Below are positions 18,717 to 28,199 of a stretch of DNA of 63,836 bases, in pieces. Both the position numbers and the translations under genes were made by a program. Location of the stretch: the IMG/VR virus record IMGVR_UViG_3300032285_000409, positions 1 to 63,836 of that record. One strand, given 5' to 3'. Numbering within the stretch: the first letter of the stretch is position 1; the number at the start of each line of letters is the position of its first letter. Source of the DNA: a virus (lineage: Duplodnaviria > Caudoviricetes). Under the pieces are notes generated by a model. That model searched no databases. It had not been told where the DNA came from and saw only the letters and a list, made by a program, of their open reading frames with translations.

Positions 18717-20546
18717 TCACGCCATTTTCATAAGTGCTAAGTCTGCCAGACCGGCAGCGGTATTGTCTTTGGCTGGTTTAATTTTCTCAAAGTTCTTGGG
18801 CAGACCACCCTTTTTACCGCCAGCCAATCTGTATGCGCCTGCACCTGCAAGACCCAAACCAGACAACTGAGACAAAGCGCTGGGTGCAGCTTGGTAACTT
18901 TGCGTGGTGGCAGTCTGTAACGGCAGACCGCGCAGCATCGAGTTCATAAACGCCAACTGCTGTTGCGGGTACTGCTGCGTGTTAGCGTAATTCTGAATAG
19001 CTTGGTTGAGCACGTTTTGGTTATATGCCTGCTGTTGCTGACCAAATTGGTTTTGCAAACCAAGAATACCTTGCTGTGCTTGTAACTGCTGACCACCCAA
19101 GTTGCCCAAAGTGCTGGCACCTTGGAGTGCGGCCTGTGCACCTTGAAGACCCAAACCTGCACCATATTGGCGAGACTGTTCTCCAAGTTGTTGTCCAGCC
19201 AGACCGTACTGCGCACGTTGTTGGGCTGCGGTCATTGCTTGACCTGCACCAAATTGACGCGACTGTTCTGCTGCTTGTTGCGCGGCTTGCAACGCCTGCT
19301 GGTTAGCCAACTGAGCTTGAAGGTTTTGACCAGCGCCCAACTGTTGAATACCTAACTGAGCGCCAAGATTCTGTTGACCAACAGTCAGACCAGCCTGTTG
19401 ATTAGCCAGCGCCGCTTGCAACGCCTGTTGGGAGTTCATGCCCTGTGCCTGCAACTGAGCGGCTTGGTTCTGCACTGCGGCTTGCTGTTGGTTGTTCAGG
19501 TTAGCCAACGCCATCTGAGCGCCGGTCTGAGTACCTAATTGTTGGATACCTAACTGAGCGCCAAGGTTTTGCTGGCCTACAGTAAGCCCTGCTTGTTGAT
19601 TGGCAAGAGCAGCTTGCATGTTGGCTTGCTGCTGCGCGTTGAATTGCTGTTGGGCATTCTGGAACGCGGCTTGCTGACCCGTGGCTTGGATGTCGCCCAT
19701 CTGGGTAGCCAGATTACGCTGGCGCTCTGCTTCCAACAGACCTGCGCGGGAACCACCAAAGGCACCAGACTTAACGGCCTGACCGGCCTGCTGCGTACCA
19801 GCAATATCAGATGCACGCTGTGCTTCGCGTTTCTGAATGTCCACCACATTCTGCATGTAGGGAGACATGTACTGACCGACGTTCTCGCCAGTGTAGGACT
19901 GCGTGCCAACTTGTTGGGCTGGCCCCATTTGGAACTGCTGCAAGTTAGGGTTGTAACCAGTCTGTGCAGCTTGCATCTCGGGAGTACCAACACCCATCGC
20001 ACCAACGCGCTCGGCTGGCCCCATCTGGTATTGCTGCAACTCAGGCGCTTGTGCTTGCGCCATCGAGAACTGACCGGGTGTGTACTGACCGGGAGCGCGG
20101 AATTGGTTGCCAAATCTACCTGCTTGGTAGTTTGTGCCCAAGGCTTGTTGTGTAGCTTGCGCTGCCGCATTAGAAGCATCGCCAATCTGGCCGGGCGTTT
20201 GTAGCCCAGCTACGCCTTGATACGCCTGCAACTGTAAAGGATCAAACCCAGCAAACGCGGACTGCGCGGCTTGCATTTCCCCAGCGCCAAGACCTGCGCC
20301 TTGCTGCCCAAACGCTTGGTAGGGTTTGACGCCTGTAATGTCTGTGCCGCCCTGCGCGTTTTGCTGGGTGTTAAACAACTGCTGCTGAGTAGCGCCCAGC
20401 ATAGTTTCTACGTACGGACGTGCGTACTCAGGGACATTGGTGTTTTGAACCGTGGTGTTAGAGGGGCCACCGCCACCACTACCGCCGCCACCCATTAGAT
20501 AACCGCCCATAGGCAGCAAGCGTTGTTTTTCACGCAGGATATTCAT
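18717..20546 (-). CDS. Gln/Gly-rich DNA ejection (pilot-like) protein
   Basis: GGGGSGGGG near N-terminus, GAFGGSR motif, repeated ANQQAGLTVGQQNLGAQLGIQQLG. Confidence 0.65.
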   Translation of the reverse strand: MNILREKQRLLPMGGYLMGGGGSGGGGPSNTTVQNTNVPEYARPYVETMLGATQQQLFNTQQNAQGGTDITGVKPYQAFGQQGAGLGAGEMQAAQSAFAGFDPLQLQAYQGVAGLQTPGQIGDASNAAAQATQQALGTNYQAGRFGNQFRAPGQYTPGQFSMAQAQAPELQQYQMGPAERVGAMGVGTPEMQAAQTGYNPNLQQFQMGPAQQVGTQSYTGENVGQYMSPYMQNVVDIQKREAQRASDIAGTQQAGQAVKSGAFGGSRAGLLEAERQRNLATQMGDIQATGQQAAFQNAQQQFNAQQQANMQAALANQQAGLTVGQQNLGAQLGIQQLGTQTGAQMALANLNNQQQAAVQNQAAQLQAQGMNSQQALQAALANQQAGLTVGQQNLGAQLGIQQLGAGQNLQAQLANQQALQAAQQAAEQSRQFGAGQAMTAAQQRAQYGLAGQQLGEQSRQYGAGLGLQGAQAALQGASTLGNLGGQQLQAQQGILGLQNQFGQQQQAYNQNVLNQAIQNYANTQQYPQQQLAFMNSMLRGLPLQTATTQSYQAAPSALSQLSGLGLAGAGAYRLAGGKKGGLPKNFEKIKPAKDNTAAGLADLALMKMA

Positions 20547-20971
20547 ATCAACACCTCAACAAGAGTGTTACGCGGTTCAAAGTTATAGCGTTTCCAAAGA
20601 CGCACAATCGACTCTCGACCATAGCCTTGGATTTTCGTAGCCCCGCGCAGTTTCAAAATAGTTTTCAGTTGCTCAAACGTGTCTTTGCTTGAGATCAACT
20701 TGCCGCCAATAGCCGTCACAAACGCCACCCGGTGCAGAGGGTAGTTGATAAAAGACACCGTAGCGGCACCTTGAATCTGCCCTTCATCCACTGCCACCAG
20801 CAGCAACCACTGCCCGCTGGTCAAATACATTTGAATGTGGCTCACGTTATAAGAGTGCGCCCACTCAGGAAAGTCATGCCCTTTTTCCAACGCGTCGGCT
20901 AAATAGCCCTCGACCAACGGCCAGACTTGCTGGACAGTGTTGGTGTCAACGTGTTGGATTTGTACGCTCAT
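20543..20971 (-). CDS. GNAT-fold protein in the ejection block
   Basis: FVTAIGG, GATKIQGYGR...RLW pattern; position typical of podovirus GNAT-like genes. Confidence 0.55.
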   Translation of the reverse strand: MSVQIQHVDTNTVQQVWPLVEGYLADALEKGHDFPEWAHSYNVSHIQMYLTSGQWLLLVAVDEGQIQGAATVSFINYPLHRVAFVTAIGGKLISSKDTFEQLKTILKLRGATKIQGYGRESIVRLWKRYNFEPRNTLVEVLI

Positions 20972-22056
20972 GCTGGCAGGTATTTAGCGGCGCTGGTATC
21001 TTTAGCCATCTTACCCTTACCGGTGGTTTTTCCACGAGCTTTTTGCACACGATCCATCATGGCGTACAACTGCTTGGCACCAGCGTCGGTAGACCCGTTA
21101 CCCAGTTCGGACACGATGCGGGCGGGCACTACAAACTCACCGTCAGCCAAACGTGCGGGTTGACGGTTGCCGATAGTAGCGGGGATGGAATCTGATACGC
21201 CATCGCCGGGGCCGCGAAGTAAGCGCCCACCATCAGAGTAACCGCCCAAAGACGCGATACCACCGCCAGCCAAACGCTCTTGACCGGTATAGGGGTCTAC
21301 ATTTGTTTCCTCTGTGCCGGACAGCACATTCTGAGAAACGGGCGTCTGGTATGGCGTAGCGTATGCAGCGGTGTGCATGTTAGCCATTGGGAAACCTGTG
21401 TTTGCACCGGTAGCGTTTTGATTGGACATTTGCTCCACGGGGCCGCCGCCAGCGTAGGATTTGTAAGAATACGGGGTGTATGCGCTAGGGTCGTAGCGGA
21501 ATTTGCTCAACGGGCCTTCGTACTTTTCTTGGCCGGGAGGAGCGCCGTAACGCGAACGCTCTGCACGCATGCCTTCCATCAAGCCAGCACCACCCCCAGC
21601 AATAGCCATTTCTTTGCCGGTCAAGTCTCTACCACTACTGAGGAAATCCGCAATCCCGCCACCTGTTGTAGCCGGTGCTGCCGAAAGACTGGCTGGGGGT
21701 GGGGTGTACAAAGGTGCAGGGGCTGCACCAACGGGTGCCGTAAACCCGCTGGTTGCACTGTTTGTTAAGTTTGCTGCTGTGTCAAAAGCGGGATTTAAGC
21801 CACCGAGACCGCCGGTATTGTTCATTATGCTGGCGTAAGGGCCAGAACCCCCAGCCGCACCAACTTTGCTGGCTTCGGCTGCGGCATTCACCGCTTCGGG
21901 CGTGGCAGACATCAAACCGCCAATACCGCTCATGGCTCCGCCAGTCAGGCCGCCCATAAGCGCACCGCGCATGGGATCGCCACCAGTAACCGCAGATGTG
22001 CCTGCACCAATCACTGCGCTGTATAGCGCCGCTTCTCCAATACCGCCATCAGCCAT
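20968..22056 (-). CDS. Internal virion protein
   Basis: Gly-rich hydrophobic N-terminus; GPGDGVSDSIPA...LADGEFVVPA C-terminal motif. Confidence 0.6.
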   Translation of the reverse strand: MADGGIGEAALYSAVIGAGTSAVTGGDPMRGALMGGLTGGAMSGIGGLMSATPEAVNAAAEASKVGAAGGSGPYASIMNNTGGLGGLNPAFDTAANLTNSATSGFTAPVGAAPAPLYTPPPASLSAAPATTGGGIADFLSSGRDLTGKEMAIAGGGAGLMEGMRAERSRYGAPPGQEKYEGPLSKFRYDPSAYTPYSYKSYAGGGPVEQMSNQNATGANTGFPMANMHTAAYATPYQTPVSQNVLSGTEETNVDPYTGQERLAGGGIASLGGYSDGGRLLRGPGDGVSDSIPATIGNRQPARLADGEFVVPARIVSELGNGSTDAGAKQLYAMMDRVQKARGKTTGKGKMAKDTSAAKYLPA

Positions 22057-22090
22057 GATGTGCTCCTAAAAGTGTGGTCATTTTACGCAG

Positions 22091-22417
22091 TTATGCCTTG
22101 ATACGTAAGGGGTAGCTAGTAGCAACACCCCCAGAAGTGTCGTAGTAAACGTCCCCAGAACGCAAATTTGCAAAGTCGGCCTGTGTTGGCAGACTAATTT
22201 TTTGTTGGCCGGGATTTGTACTATCCGGTTGCGCAAAAGTCATTGCCGTAATAACCGCCGTTGTGCCTACGCCCTGAGATGCGGCAATCATTGGGGCGGG
22301 GTTGTCAAGCTGCGCAAAATACAAACGTAGCACATTGTTAAGTTGTTCTATAAACCTTTGGTCGTATTCGACAGGCGCTGCTGGTAAACGCGGGGCAACG
22401 GTGTTTTTTTGCGCCAT
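22091..22417 (-). CDS. Hypothetical virion-associated protein
   Basis: LP.AP.EYD...LRLYF motif; directly downstream of the nozzle gene. Confidence 0.55.
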   Translation of the reverse strand: MAQKNTVAPRLPAAPVEYDQRFIEQLNNVLRLYFAQLDNPAPMIAASQGVGTTAVITAMTFAQPDSTNPGQQKISLPTQADFANLRSGDVYYDTSGGVATSYPLRIKA

Positions 22418-22419
22418 AC

Positions 22420-24450
22420 TTATCTCCTGCCGTCCGGTGTAACGTCAAGGCGCGGAGAGCCAAGCTGCCAAGCCACGCCCAGATTGCTGGAACCTACTTT
22501 GAACGCCATCTGACGTCCACGGATACGCACGTAGACCTGCTGGGTGAACTGCTGCACGTTATATGTGCGCTGGCCCGCATAGTTGTTCACGCTGACAACC
22601 GCAGGATTGTCCGATGAGCCGTAGTTGGCACCGGGGTTTGTGCGTGGCAGCACAGTGAAATTCACCTGCGGCGCAGCGACGTTGGAGCCGTCAAAGGTAA
22701 TGTCGGGGATCAGACGCCAGACGAAGCCAAAATTATGGCCGTCGCCAATATCAAAATCAGAAGACTGAACATAGGAGGTAATGGGAGAAGCGGGCGTTGT
22801 GGTGCCATCATCGTTGCCGCTCTCGTGGTAGATCAACTGACCATTGTAGCCCGCAGCCATCGGGTTCTGGCGCAGAGGGCTGTCTCTCCACGCGGTTCGT
22901 GCCATCGTGCCGTAATACCAAGTGCGCTCAAGGTGGTTATAGATAACGTACTTGTCCACGGTGGTGGAGTTGGCCGAGCAGTAGTACCACCAAATTTCGT
23001 TGTAGCCCTCGTTGGTACCAGCAAAAACTTGGTAGCCTTGGTCAAGGTTGATGTCATCAAAGATGTACTGACGCAAGGCGCAAGGCAGCGTTTCCACACG
23101 GCCTGAGTACATATAGAACTTATCAGCGCCCATCCAGTAGGTTACGTTGTTTACCGTAATGATGGCGTTGGGGCCAATGATGGAGATGTTGTCACCCATG
23201 ATCTGGAAGCCCCAGACATAGGGAGCGCCCAAATACTGCATGGAGTAGATGGCGGCGTCGGTCAGCACCAAAATTTCTTGGCGGGTCTGAATAGCGGTGA
23301 CAATTTGCGAACCGGTACTCAAGCGGTAACCACCGGCCTGATTGGTAATTTGCGGTAACCATGTGCTAAAAGATTCTTGGTCAGACCAACGAATCTGCAT
23401 GGGGTCAAGCACTGTTGTGGCATACACACCCGTGGGGTCATTGCAGCCAAACGCAATCGTAAAGCGTGAAGCATCCGAAGTAGCTACAAAGTTAACCAAA
23501 GACGGTGTAGTTGCGTCACAAACAATAGATGATCCACGAACAGATACTGTTCCACCGGCGGCAATAACTTGTCCACGGTCATAGTTTGTGGGTGTGACAT
23601 TAACCGCCCAGTAATACATGGGGCCATTTTGGGCACAAAAAATCAAGTCTTCGCCAAAGTTTGATTGACTCCAAAGGCGCAAGTTAACGCCAATTCCGGT
23701 TGCGGCAGATAAACCCCAGCCCGTACTTGTAGCGCCTGTAGTGGCACCACCCCAACCACCAGCACCCCAACCCGTAGCCACAACGAAAGTTTCGGCACCG
23801 CTGTTAATTTGGTACGTAAATGTGGCTGACACTGCGGGTGTTGAACTTGCCGATGCTGTGCCAAGCACTCGAATGGTGTAGGCGTTATTGCTGACAATAG
23901 TTTGAATTTGGTATTCGGCTTGAAGCGTAGCGGCTGTGATACCGTTAACCGTGCCGGACACGCTCGTAATACAAACAAAGTCTCCTGCTACAGCGCCGTG
24001 GGCTGGGTCGTTAACAGTGATGGTTGTGTAGCCACCGCTATTGGTTGCGGTGCTGGTGGTAAAGGCGTTTGCAATAGCTGTGTCTGTCTTACGAATTGGC
24101 GTTACATCGTAGAAGCTGCCATTGACAGAGTTTTGAATGTAGTACTTTAGATTGGTGCCTAAAGCAACCAAATTGTTCCCAGCCAGTGTGACCCAGTTAA
24201 AAAGCGCCCGGCAAGTGCCCCAAAAAGAACCGGTGGGTGGCGTAGCGGCGGTAGAAGTTCCACCCGCAACAAACGTACCTGTAGGTACGGGCGTGTATGC
24301 AGTGCCAGTATCTTTGACCCAGCCGCCCAACTTCTCGGGGTAGCCGGAACGGAAACGGATTTTGTCGCAGTCAAACCAACCGCCCTCGTTGGAGAGAGTG
24401 GTGCCTTCGCGGTTTACGCCGGGTCTGAATTGGAGTTTTTGTAAGGGCAT
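22420..24450 (-). CDS. Tail nozzle / packaged-DNA stabilization protein (P22 gp10 or T7 gp12 analogue)
   Basis: 676-aa beta-rich protein; IRWSDQE, EIWWYY, C-terminal DGRR; synteny. Confidence 0.7.
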   Translation of the reverse strand: MPLQKLQFRPGVNREGTTLSNEGGWFDCDKIRFRSGYPEKLGGWVKDTGTAYTPVPTGTFVAGGTSTAATPPTGSFWGTCRALFNWVTLAGNNLVALGTNLKYYIQNSVNGSFYDVTPIRKTDTAIANAFTTSTATNSGGYTTITVNDPAHGAVAGDFVCITSVSGTVNGITAATLQAEYQIQTIVSNNAYTIRVLGTASASSTPAVSATFTYQINSGAETFVVATGWGAGGWGGATTGATSTGWGLSAATGIGVNLRLWSQSNFGEDLIFCAQNGPMYYWAVNVTPTNYDRGQVIAAGGTVSVRGSSIVCDATTPSLVNFVATSDASRFTIAFGCNDPTGVYATTVLDPMQIRWSDQESFSTWLPQITNQAGGYRLSTGSQIVTAIQTRQEILVLTDAAIYSMQYLGAPYVWGFQIMGDNISIIGPNAIITVNNVTYWMGADKFYMYSGRVETLPCALRQYIFDDINLDQGYQVFAGTNEGYNEIWWYYCSANSTTVDKYVIYNHLERTWYYGTMARTAWRDSPLRQNPMAAGYNGQLIYHESGNDDGTTTPASPITSYVQSSDFDIGDGHNFGFVWRLIPDITFDGSNVAAPQVNFTVLPRTNPGANYGSSDNPAVVSVNNYAGQRTYNVQQFTQQVYVRIRGRQMAFKVGSSNLGVAWQLGSPRLDVTPDGRR

Positions 24451-24458
24451 CGTGAGTC

Positions 24459-24935
24459 CTACGACAAGAACATGGCGCGTTCGTCAATGCGACGATTTTG
24501 CAGCCCTTTGAGTATTTTGCCACCCGCCATGCAATACTTCAACAGTTCTTCTGCCGCTCCCGCTTTATCTCCGCGATTAAGTTTCGCACGGAGCGTACTA
24601 CGCTGTAGTGTGCCAAGGCCGACATTAAAAGAAAAAGATACAAGGCAATCATACATGCCTTGTGTGAGTGGGACAGTGGCCAGCTTTCTAACACCCGATT
24701 CAAAACGAGCCAAGTCTGCACGAAGTATTCCATTCACTTCTTCGGCAGAAAAAACTCGGTCATCTTCTGGGCGTAGTCGGTAGCCATCTCTTGCATCAAT
24801 TCGTAAAACTGCTTGATCCGGGTAAAGTACATGTCCAACTCCTATTGTCCAAAGTTTTGCTGGGCAGCGGTAAGGCTTATTCCTTACGCCTTCGTGGTGG
24901 CGGATGACTGCAATGGCTTTGTCACTGATCTGCAT
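24459..24935 (-). CDS. Endolysin, GH24 lysozyme
   Basis: HEG.R..PYRCPA..WTIGVGH catalytic region; SF.FNVG; GL..RR..E. Confidence 0.92.
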   Translation of the reverse strand: MQISDKAIAVIRHHEGVRNKPYRCPAKLWTIGVGHVLYPDQAVLRIDARDGYRLRPEDDRVFSAEEVNGILRADLARFESGVRKLATVPLTQGMYDCLVSFSFNVGLGTLQRSTLRAKLNRGDKAGAAEELLKYCMAGGKILKGLQNRRIDERAMFLS

Positions 24936-25078
24936 TATCGTACCGCCATGAACAACCCAATGTTAGAAAATGCGTAACCTGCGTACATCAGCCCACCGCC
25001 TACGTTTCCTTTATATATCTGCTCTAGCGCGATATATGCGTAAATTAAGCCGACGAGAACAATGAGGGGTGCACTCAT
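24935..25078 (-). CDS. Small two-TM membrane protein (47 aa, not in ORF track)
   Basis: Translated by hand: MSAPLIVLVGLIYAYIALEQIYKGNVGGGLMYAGYAFSNIGLFMAVR; overlaps the start/stop of both neighbours. Confidence 0.6.
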   Translation of the reverse strand: MSAPLIVLVGLIYAYIALEQIYKGNVGGGLMYAGYAFSNIGLFMAVR

Positions 25079-26058
25079 TCTGCAAACAACCTGCCTCTGA
25101 AATAGGCTTTGCCGTTGTCCCGCACAGCACAGAATTCTGGGTGGAGCAGCATGCCGTCAGCCCATGTTAACACAGCGAAGCCAGATTGCCAATTGAATCC
25201 GGGTTTGCTCAAGCGGTAAGAAAATTCGTCCTGATCCTCATCAGCCAGCATCCCCGTCTTCACCCCAAAATGGGTAGACTTAAACCCTTTATGGGCTTTT
25301 GCACCAAGTTCGTGCGTATGGCCTGTGACTACAGTACAGCCACCCTTGAGTGTGTCATTCCATCCTGAGTGGATGCCAGAGTGCCAGTCATGGATCACCA
25401 CACAATCATCATTGATGTCGATGCGTTCCGAGTCCGTCCAGTGGGGCAAGTGGTCTTTCAACAAGAACCCGCCAATGCCCTCAAACTCTGGCACCTGACC
25501 AGACAGTCTAGTCTCAAAGCGCATGTCGTGGTTGCCGTAAGTTCGCAGTAAGTGAGCGCCGGGTGGTCGAACTTTTTCAATGTCGCCAAGACGTTCCTGC
25601 ACCGCTTCGAGTTCTTGTTTGACGGTAGGCGCTTTTTTCCAACCAATGCGGCTATGACGGGAGATGGTTCCCCCATCAAGGATGTCCCCGTTTAGAATGA
25701 TGGCTCGGATGTCCCTGCTATATTCTGCGACCACGTTACACAGGGCTTTGTGTGCCACAGGAATAACGCCGGGAGAGTAGTGGGCATCCGACCCAATAAT
25801 AACCATGCCGCTGTCGATGCTGAACTTATTCACCTCCTTGCGGGAGGACATGATTAAGTTGCCGGTTTTGTGGTTGTGCTTTGGCGACCCCCGAGTCTCA
25901 AGCGCAGGCAAAACTACTTTTTGTTTAAATTCAACCCGCTTGCGCCGAGCATACACTGCGCGTTCGCCCATGTTCAAAATTCTAGAAATCTCAGACGCAG
26001 ATGGGTGTTTTTGCCATAGCGCGACGAATTCGGCATCTGTTAAGATAGGTTTTCCCAT
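25075..26058 (-). CDS. Calcineurin-like metallophosphoesterase with N-terminal HTH-like segment
   Basis: SDAH, NGDILD, GNHD, H, GHTH motifs. Confidence 0.88.
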   Translation of the reverse strand: MGKPILTDAEFVALWQKHPSASEISRILNMGERAVYARRKRVEFKQKVVLPALETRGSPKHNHKTGNLIMSSRKEVNKFSIDSGMVIIGSDAHYSPGVIPVAHKALCNVVAEYSRDIRAIILNGDILDGGTISRHSRIGWKKAPTVKQELEAVQERLGDIEKVRPPGAHLLRTYGNHDMRFETRLSGQVPEFEGIGGFLLKDHLPHWTDSERIDINDDCVVIHDWHSGIHSGWNDTLKGGCTVVTGHTHELGAKAHKGFKSTHFGVKTGMLADEDQDEFSYRLSKPGFNWQSGFAVLTWADGMLLHPEFCAVRDNGKAYFRGRLFAE

Positions 26059-26408
26059 TTTTTTCCCAAAAGTTTTTCAAGCACGTTGATGACACGATGT
26101 TCTTCATTCTCCATCCGCGCATCGTTATTGCTGCGGGCGGTTTGAATGAGTTCGTAGAGGAAAACATGAAGCACTTCATGCAGTGCTGTCATTGAGAGTG
26201 ACTGAGAGTCTATGGTTGTTCCGGCAAAATCCCCTAGTCGCAGGGTTGCCAGTCTGGCTCCGTCGTCCATCTCGACGGAAGCCATTGCGTTCTTGGCGGG
26301 CTTGGTTCCCCGTTCAATTCGCCAATCATGCAAGTTCAGGAGGGTCTGCCAACGCTCGATGTGGGCGTCAAATTCCTTGGCCTGCTCTTTGTTGGGGATG
26401 TTTTTCAT
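26040..26408 (-). CDS. HEXXH metallopeptidase-like protein
   Basis: ALHEVLHV plus downstream EEH. Confidence 0.6.
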   Translation of the reverse strand: MKNIPNKEQAKEFDAHIERWQTLLNLHDWRIERGTKPAKNAMASVEMDDGARLATLRLGDFAGTTIDSQSLSMTALHEVLHVFLYELIQTARSNNDARMENEEHRVINVLEKLLGKKWENLS

Positions 26409-26442
26409 GGTTCAATTTTGATAGCAAACCATGACGGATACA

Positions 26443-26718
26443 TTACACCTTCACATCCACATGGCTCATTGTTTCATTGTGGGCACCATTTTTTAGCGCA
26501 TTTGCACCCAAATAGGCTTCTTGCGCTTGTCTGACCCTGTCCCATTTAGCCGCTTCCAACCGTTGTGTTTCACGCTGCTGTTCCACGTTCTGAATGGTCT
26601 GACGGTTCATCTTTTGCAGATTTTTCAAGTTTTCGTGATGGCGTACTTGCGCCTGCTCTTGATAACGCTGCGCGTTAATAAAGCCGTAGTTCTGTGGGAC
26701 AGAATTTGTGACTTTCAT
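26443..26718 (-). CDS. Hypothetical protein
   Basis: ORF coupled to the holin stop; Gln-rich helical. Confidence 0.55.
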   Translation of the reverse strand: MKVTNSVPQNYGFINAQRYQEQAQVRHHENLKNLQKMNRQTIQNVEQQRETQRLEAAKWDRVRQAQEAYLGANALKNGAHNETMSHVDVKV

Positions 26719-27230
26719 TTTCCAAACGCACGGCCCCCGAAGTGGAATGCGATGATGCTGGCGAACAGGGCTTGGGTGTCGTTGTCCCAAAGCTGGTCGG
26801 CAAGCTCGTTAAAAGATGCGCCAGAAACAATACCATGATAAGCAAGGCAGGCGTCGATCCCGACAAGGAGAAAGAAGAATCCGTAGGTAATAACCGGGCG
26901 AACGCTGGCGCGTAAGTCTTTCATCCATGTGCTTGTCCCTTCGTTCAAGGCTGTGTCGTGGGCGTACACTGCTTGCATCTCAGCTTGTTGGGCGCTAATC
27001 AATGACTGCTTCTCAGCCGACTTCGTTTCTATTTCAAGTTGTTGGGTATGGATATGCTCAACCCGTTCTTGAGCCTCAAAGCCCAATTTCCGCAGTTGCA
27101 TCTCACGATCAACCTGCAATTGAGCCAAGTCAAATTCGTGTCTTTTGTCCTGACGATCTTGTAAGAAGTCGAGTAACTTTGGCAAGCCGCCCATTAGGAA
27201 GGAAATTAAGGTTGAGAGCAGAGTAAGCAT
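26715..27230 (-). CDS. Holin-like membrane protein (3TM family)
   Basis: W...LRASVRPVITY and F.FGGR..K motifs; hydrophobic segments. Confidence 0.7.
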   Translation of the reverse strand: MLTLLSTLISFLMGGLPKLLDFLQDRQDKRHEFDLAQLQVDREMQLRKLGFEAQERVEHIHTQQLEIETKSAEKQSLISAQQAEMQAVYAHDTALNEGTSTWMKDLRASVRPVITYGFFFLLVGIDACLAYHGIVSGASFNELADQLWDNDTQALFASIIAFHFGGRAFGK

Positions 27231-27490
27231 TATTTCTCCAGTGCTTTAGATAACAGATACCGCCACTGTGGCGTGTCGGCTGTCCCCATCAAATCCGGGC
27301 TGTTGTTCCACAGCCAAGTCAGTTGTTCTTCGGTGCATTGACTGTGTGTAATCCACCAGATAGCAAAGCTGTGACGTTCGCTGGGGTTGTGAATTGTCCG
27401 AGCTTTGTACTCGAACGCCGCTATATCGCAGCCCCTTGGTTTCGCTGCTACCAAACCAAACAGAAGGAGTAGTAACAACGTCCATCTCAC
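27230..27490 (-). CDS. Small secreted protein (signal peptide, 2 Cys); possible antiholin
   Basis: MRWTLLLLLLFGLVAA signal-like N-terminus; located in the lysis block. Confidence 0.5.
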   Translation of the reverse strand: MRWTLLLLLLFGLVAAKPRGCDIAAFEYKARTIHNPSERHSFAIWWITHSQCTEEQLTWLWNNSPDLMGTADTPQWRYLLSKALEK

Positions 27491-28197
27491 TTTGCCATCT
27501 CTGTTGCAGCAAGGTTTATACGGGTCTTGACTGCGCCTAAGTCTGACGGTTCTTCGGTGAAACCAACGCTGATATAGCCCTCAAAAGCTCCCATCTCGGG
27601 AGGAACACCACCTCGGCAGATGTATTTGACGCCGTTCTTGGCTTCCCAGTCAGAGGTCTTGCCGCTCACTTCCAGTTTGTCGCAGTGAACTTCCCCGTTC
27701 ATCATGGCTACCACCGAGGCATTGCGCTGGGGGTCTTTCCCAAACAAAGTGGAGTTGTACCCGTCAAGCAAGTTGTCGCGGCCTTTGGCGTTGTACGCCA
27801 GCAGCGTAGTTCTGCCATTAACCACAAGCACCACTTTATGCACCACCACGGTCTGCGCTTCCAAGTCTTTTTGCAGCACCTGAGCAACATGCTCCAACAC
27901 TTTGACTTCTTTCATCTGCGCTTCGTGCTTGGCGTTAGTGATGGCATTCAGAATTACCACCCGGCTATCCCATACCAAGGCCGCAGTGCCCAGCACCAGC
28001 GTCAACACAATGACTGCCACCAGCTTGAACGGACTGTCCACCCATTTGATGAGGTCGATGGCTTGCGCCACCATTGTGGTCTGGGTCTTGATGGGTTTGG
28101 CTGGGGTAGCTACCTTGGGCGCAGCGCGTTTAACCGGAGCCTTTTTAGCTGCCGGTTTCTTGGCTGGGGTTTTAGCTGGCGTCTTGGCGGTAACCAT
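27487..28197 (-). CDS. Single-TM protein with GAF-like C-terminal domain; possible T4 T-type holin
   Basis: Basic N-terminus, one TM (LVAVIVLTLVLGTAALVW), C-terminal YICRGGVPP..GAFEGYISVGF. Confidence 0.45.
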   Translation of the reverse strand: MVTAKTPAKTPAKKPAAKKAPVKRAAPKVATPAKPIKTQTTMVAQAIDLIKWVDSPFKLVAVIVLTLVLGTAALVWDSRVVILNAITNAKHEAQMKEVKVLEHVAQVLQKDLEAQTVVVHKVVLVVNGRTTLLAYNAKGRDNLLDGYNSTLFGKDPQRNASVVAMMNGEVHCDKLEVSGKTSDWEAKNGVKYICRGGVPPEMGAFEGYISVGFTEEPSDLGAVKTRINLAATEMAK

Positions 28198-28199
28198 TA

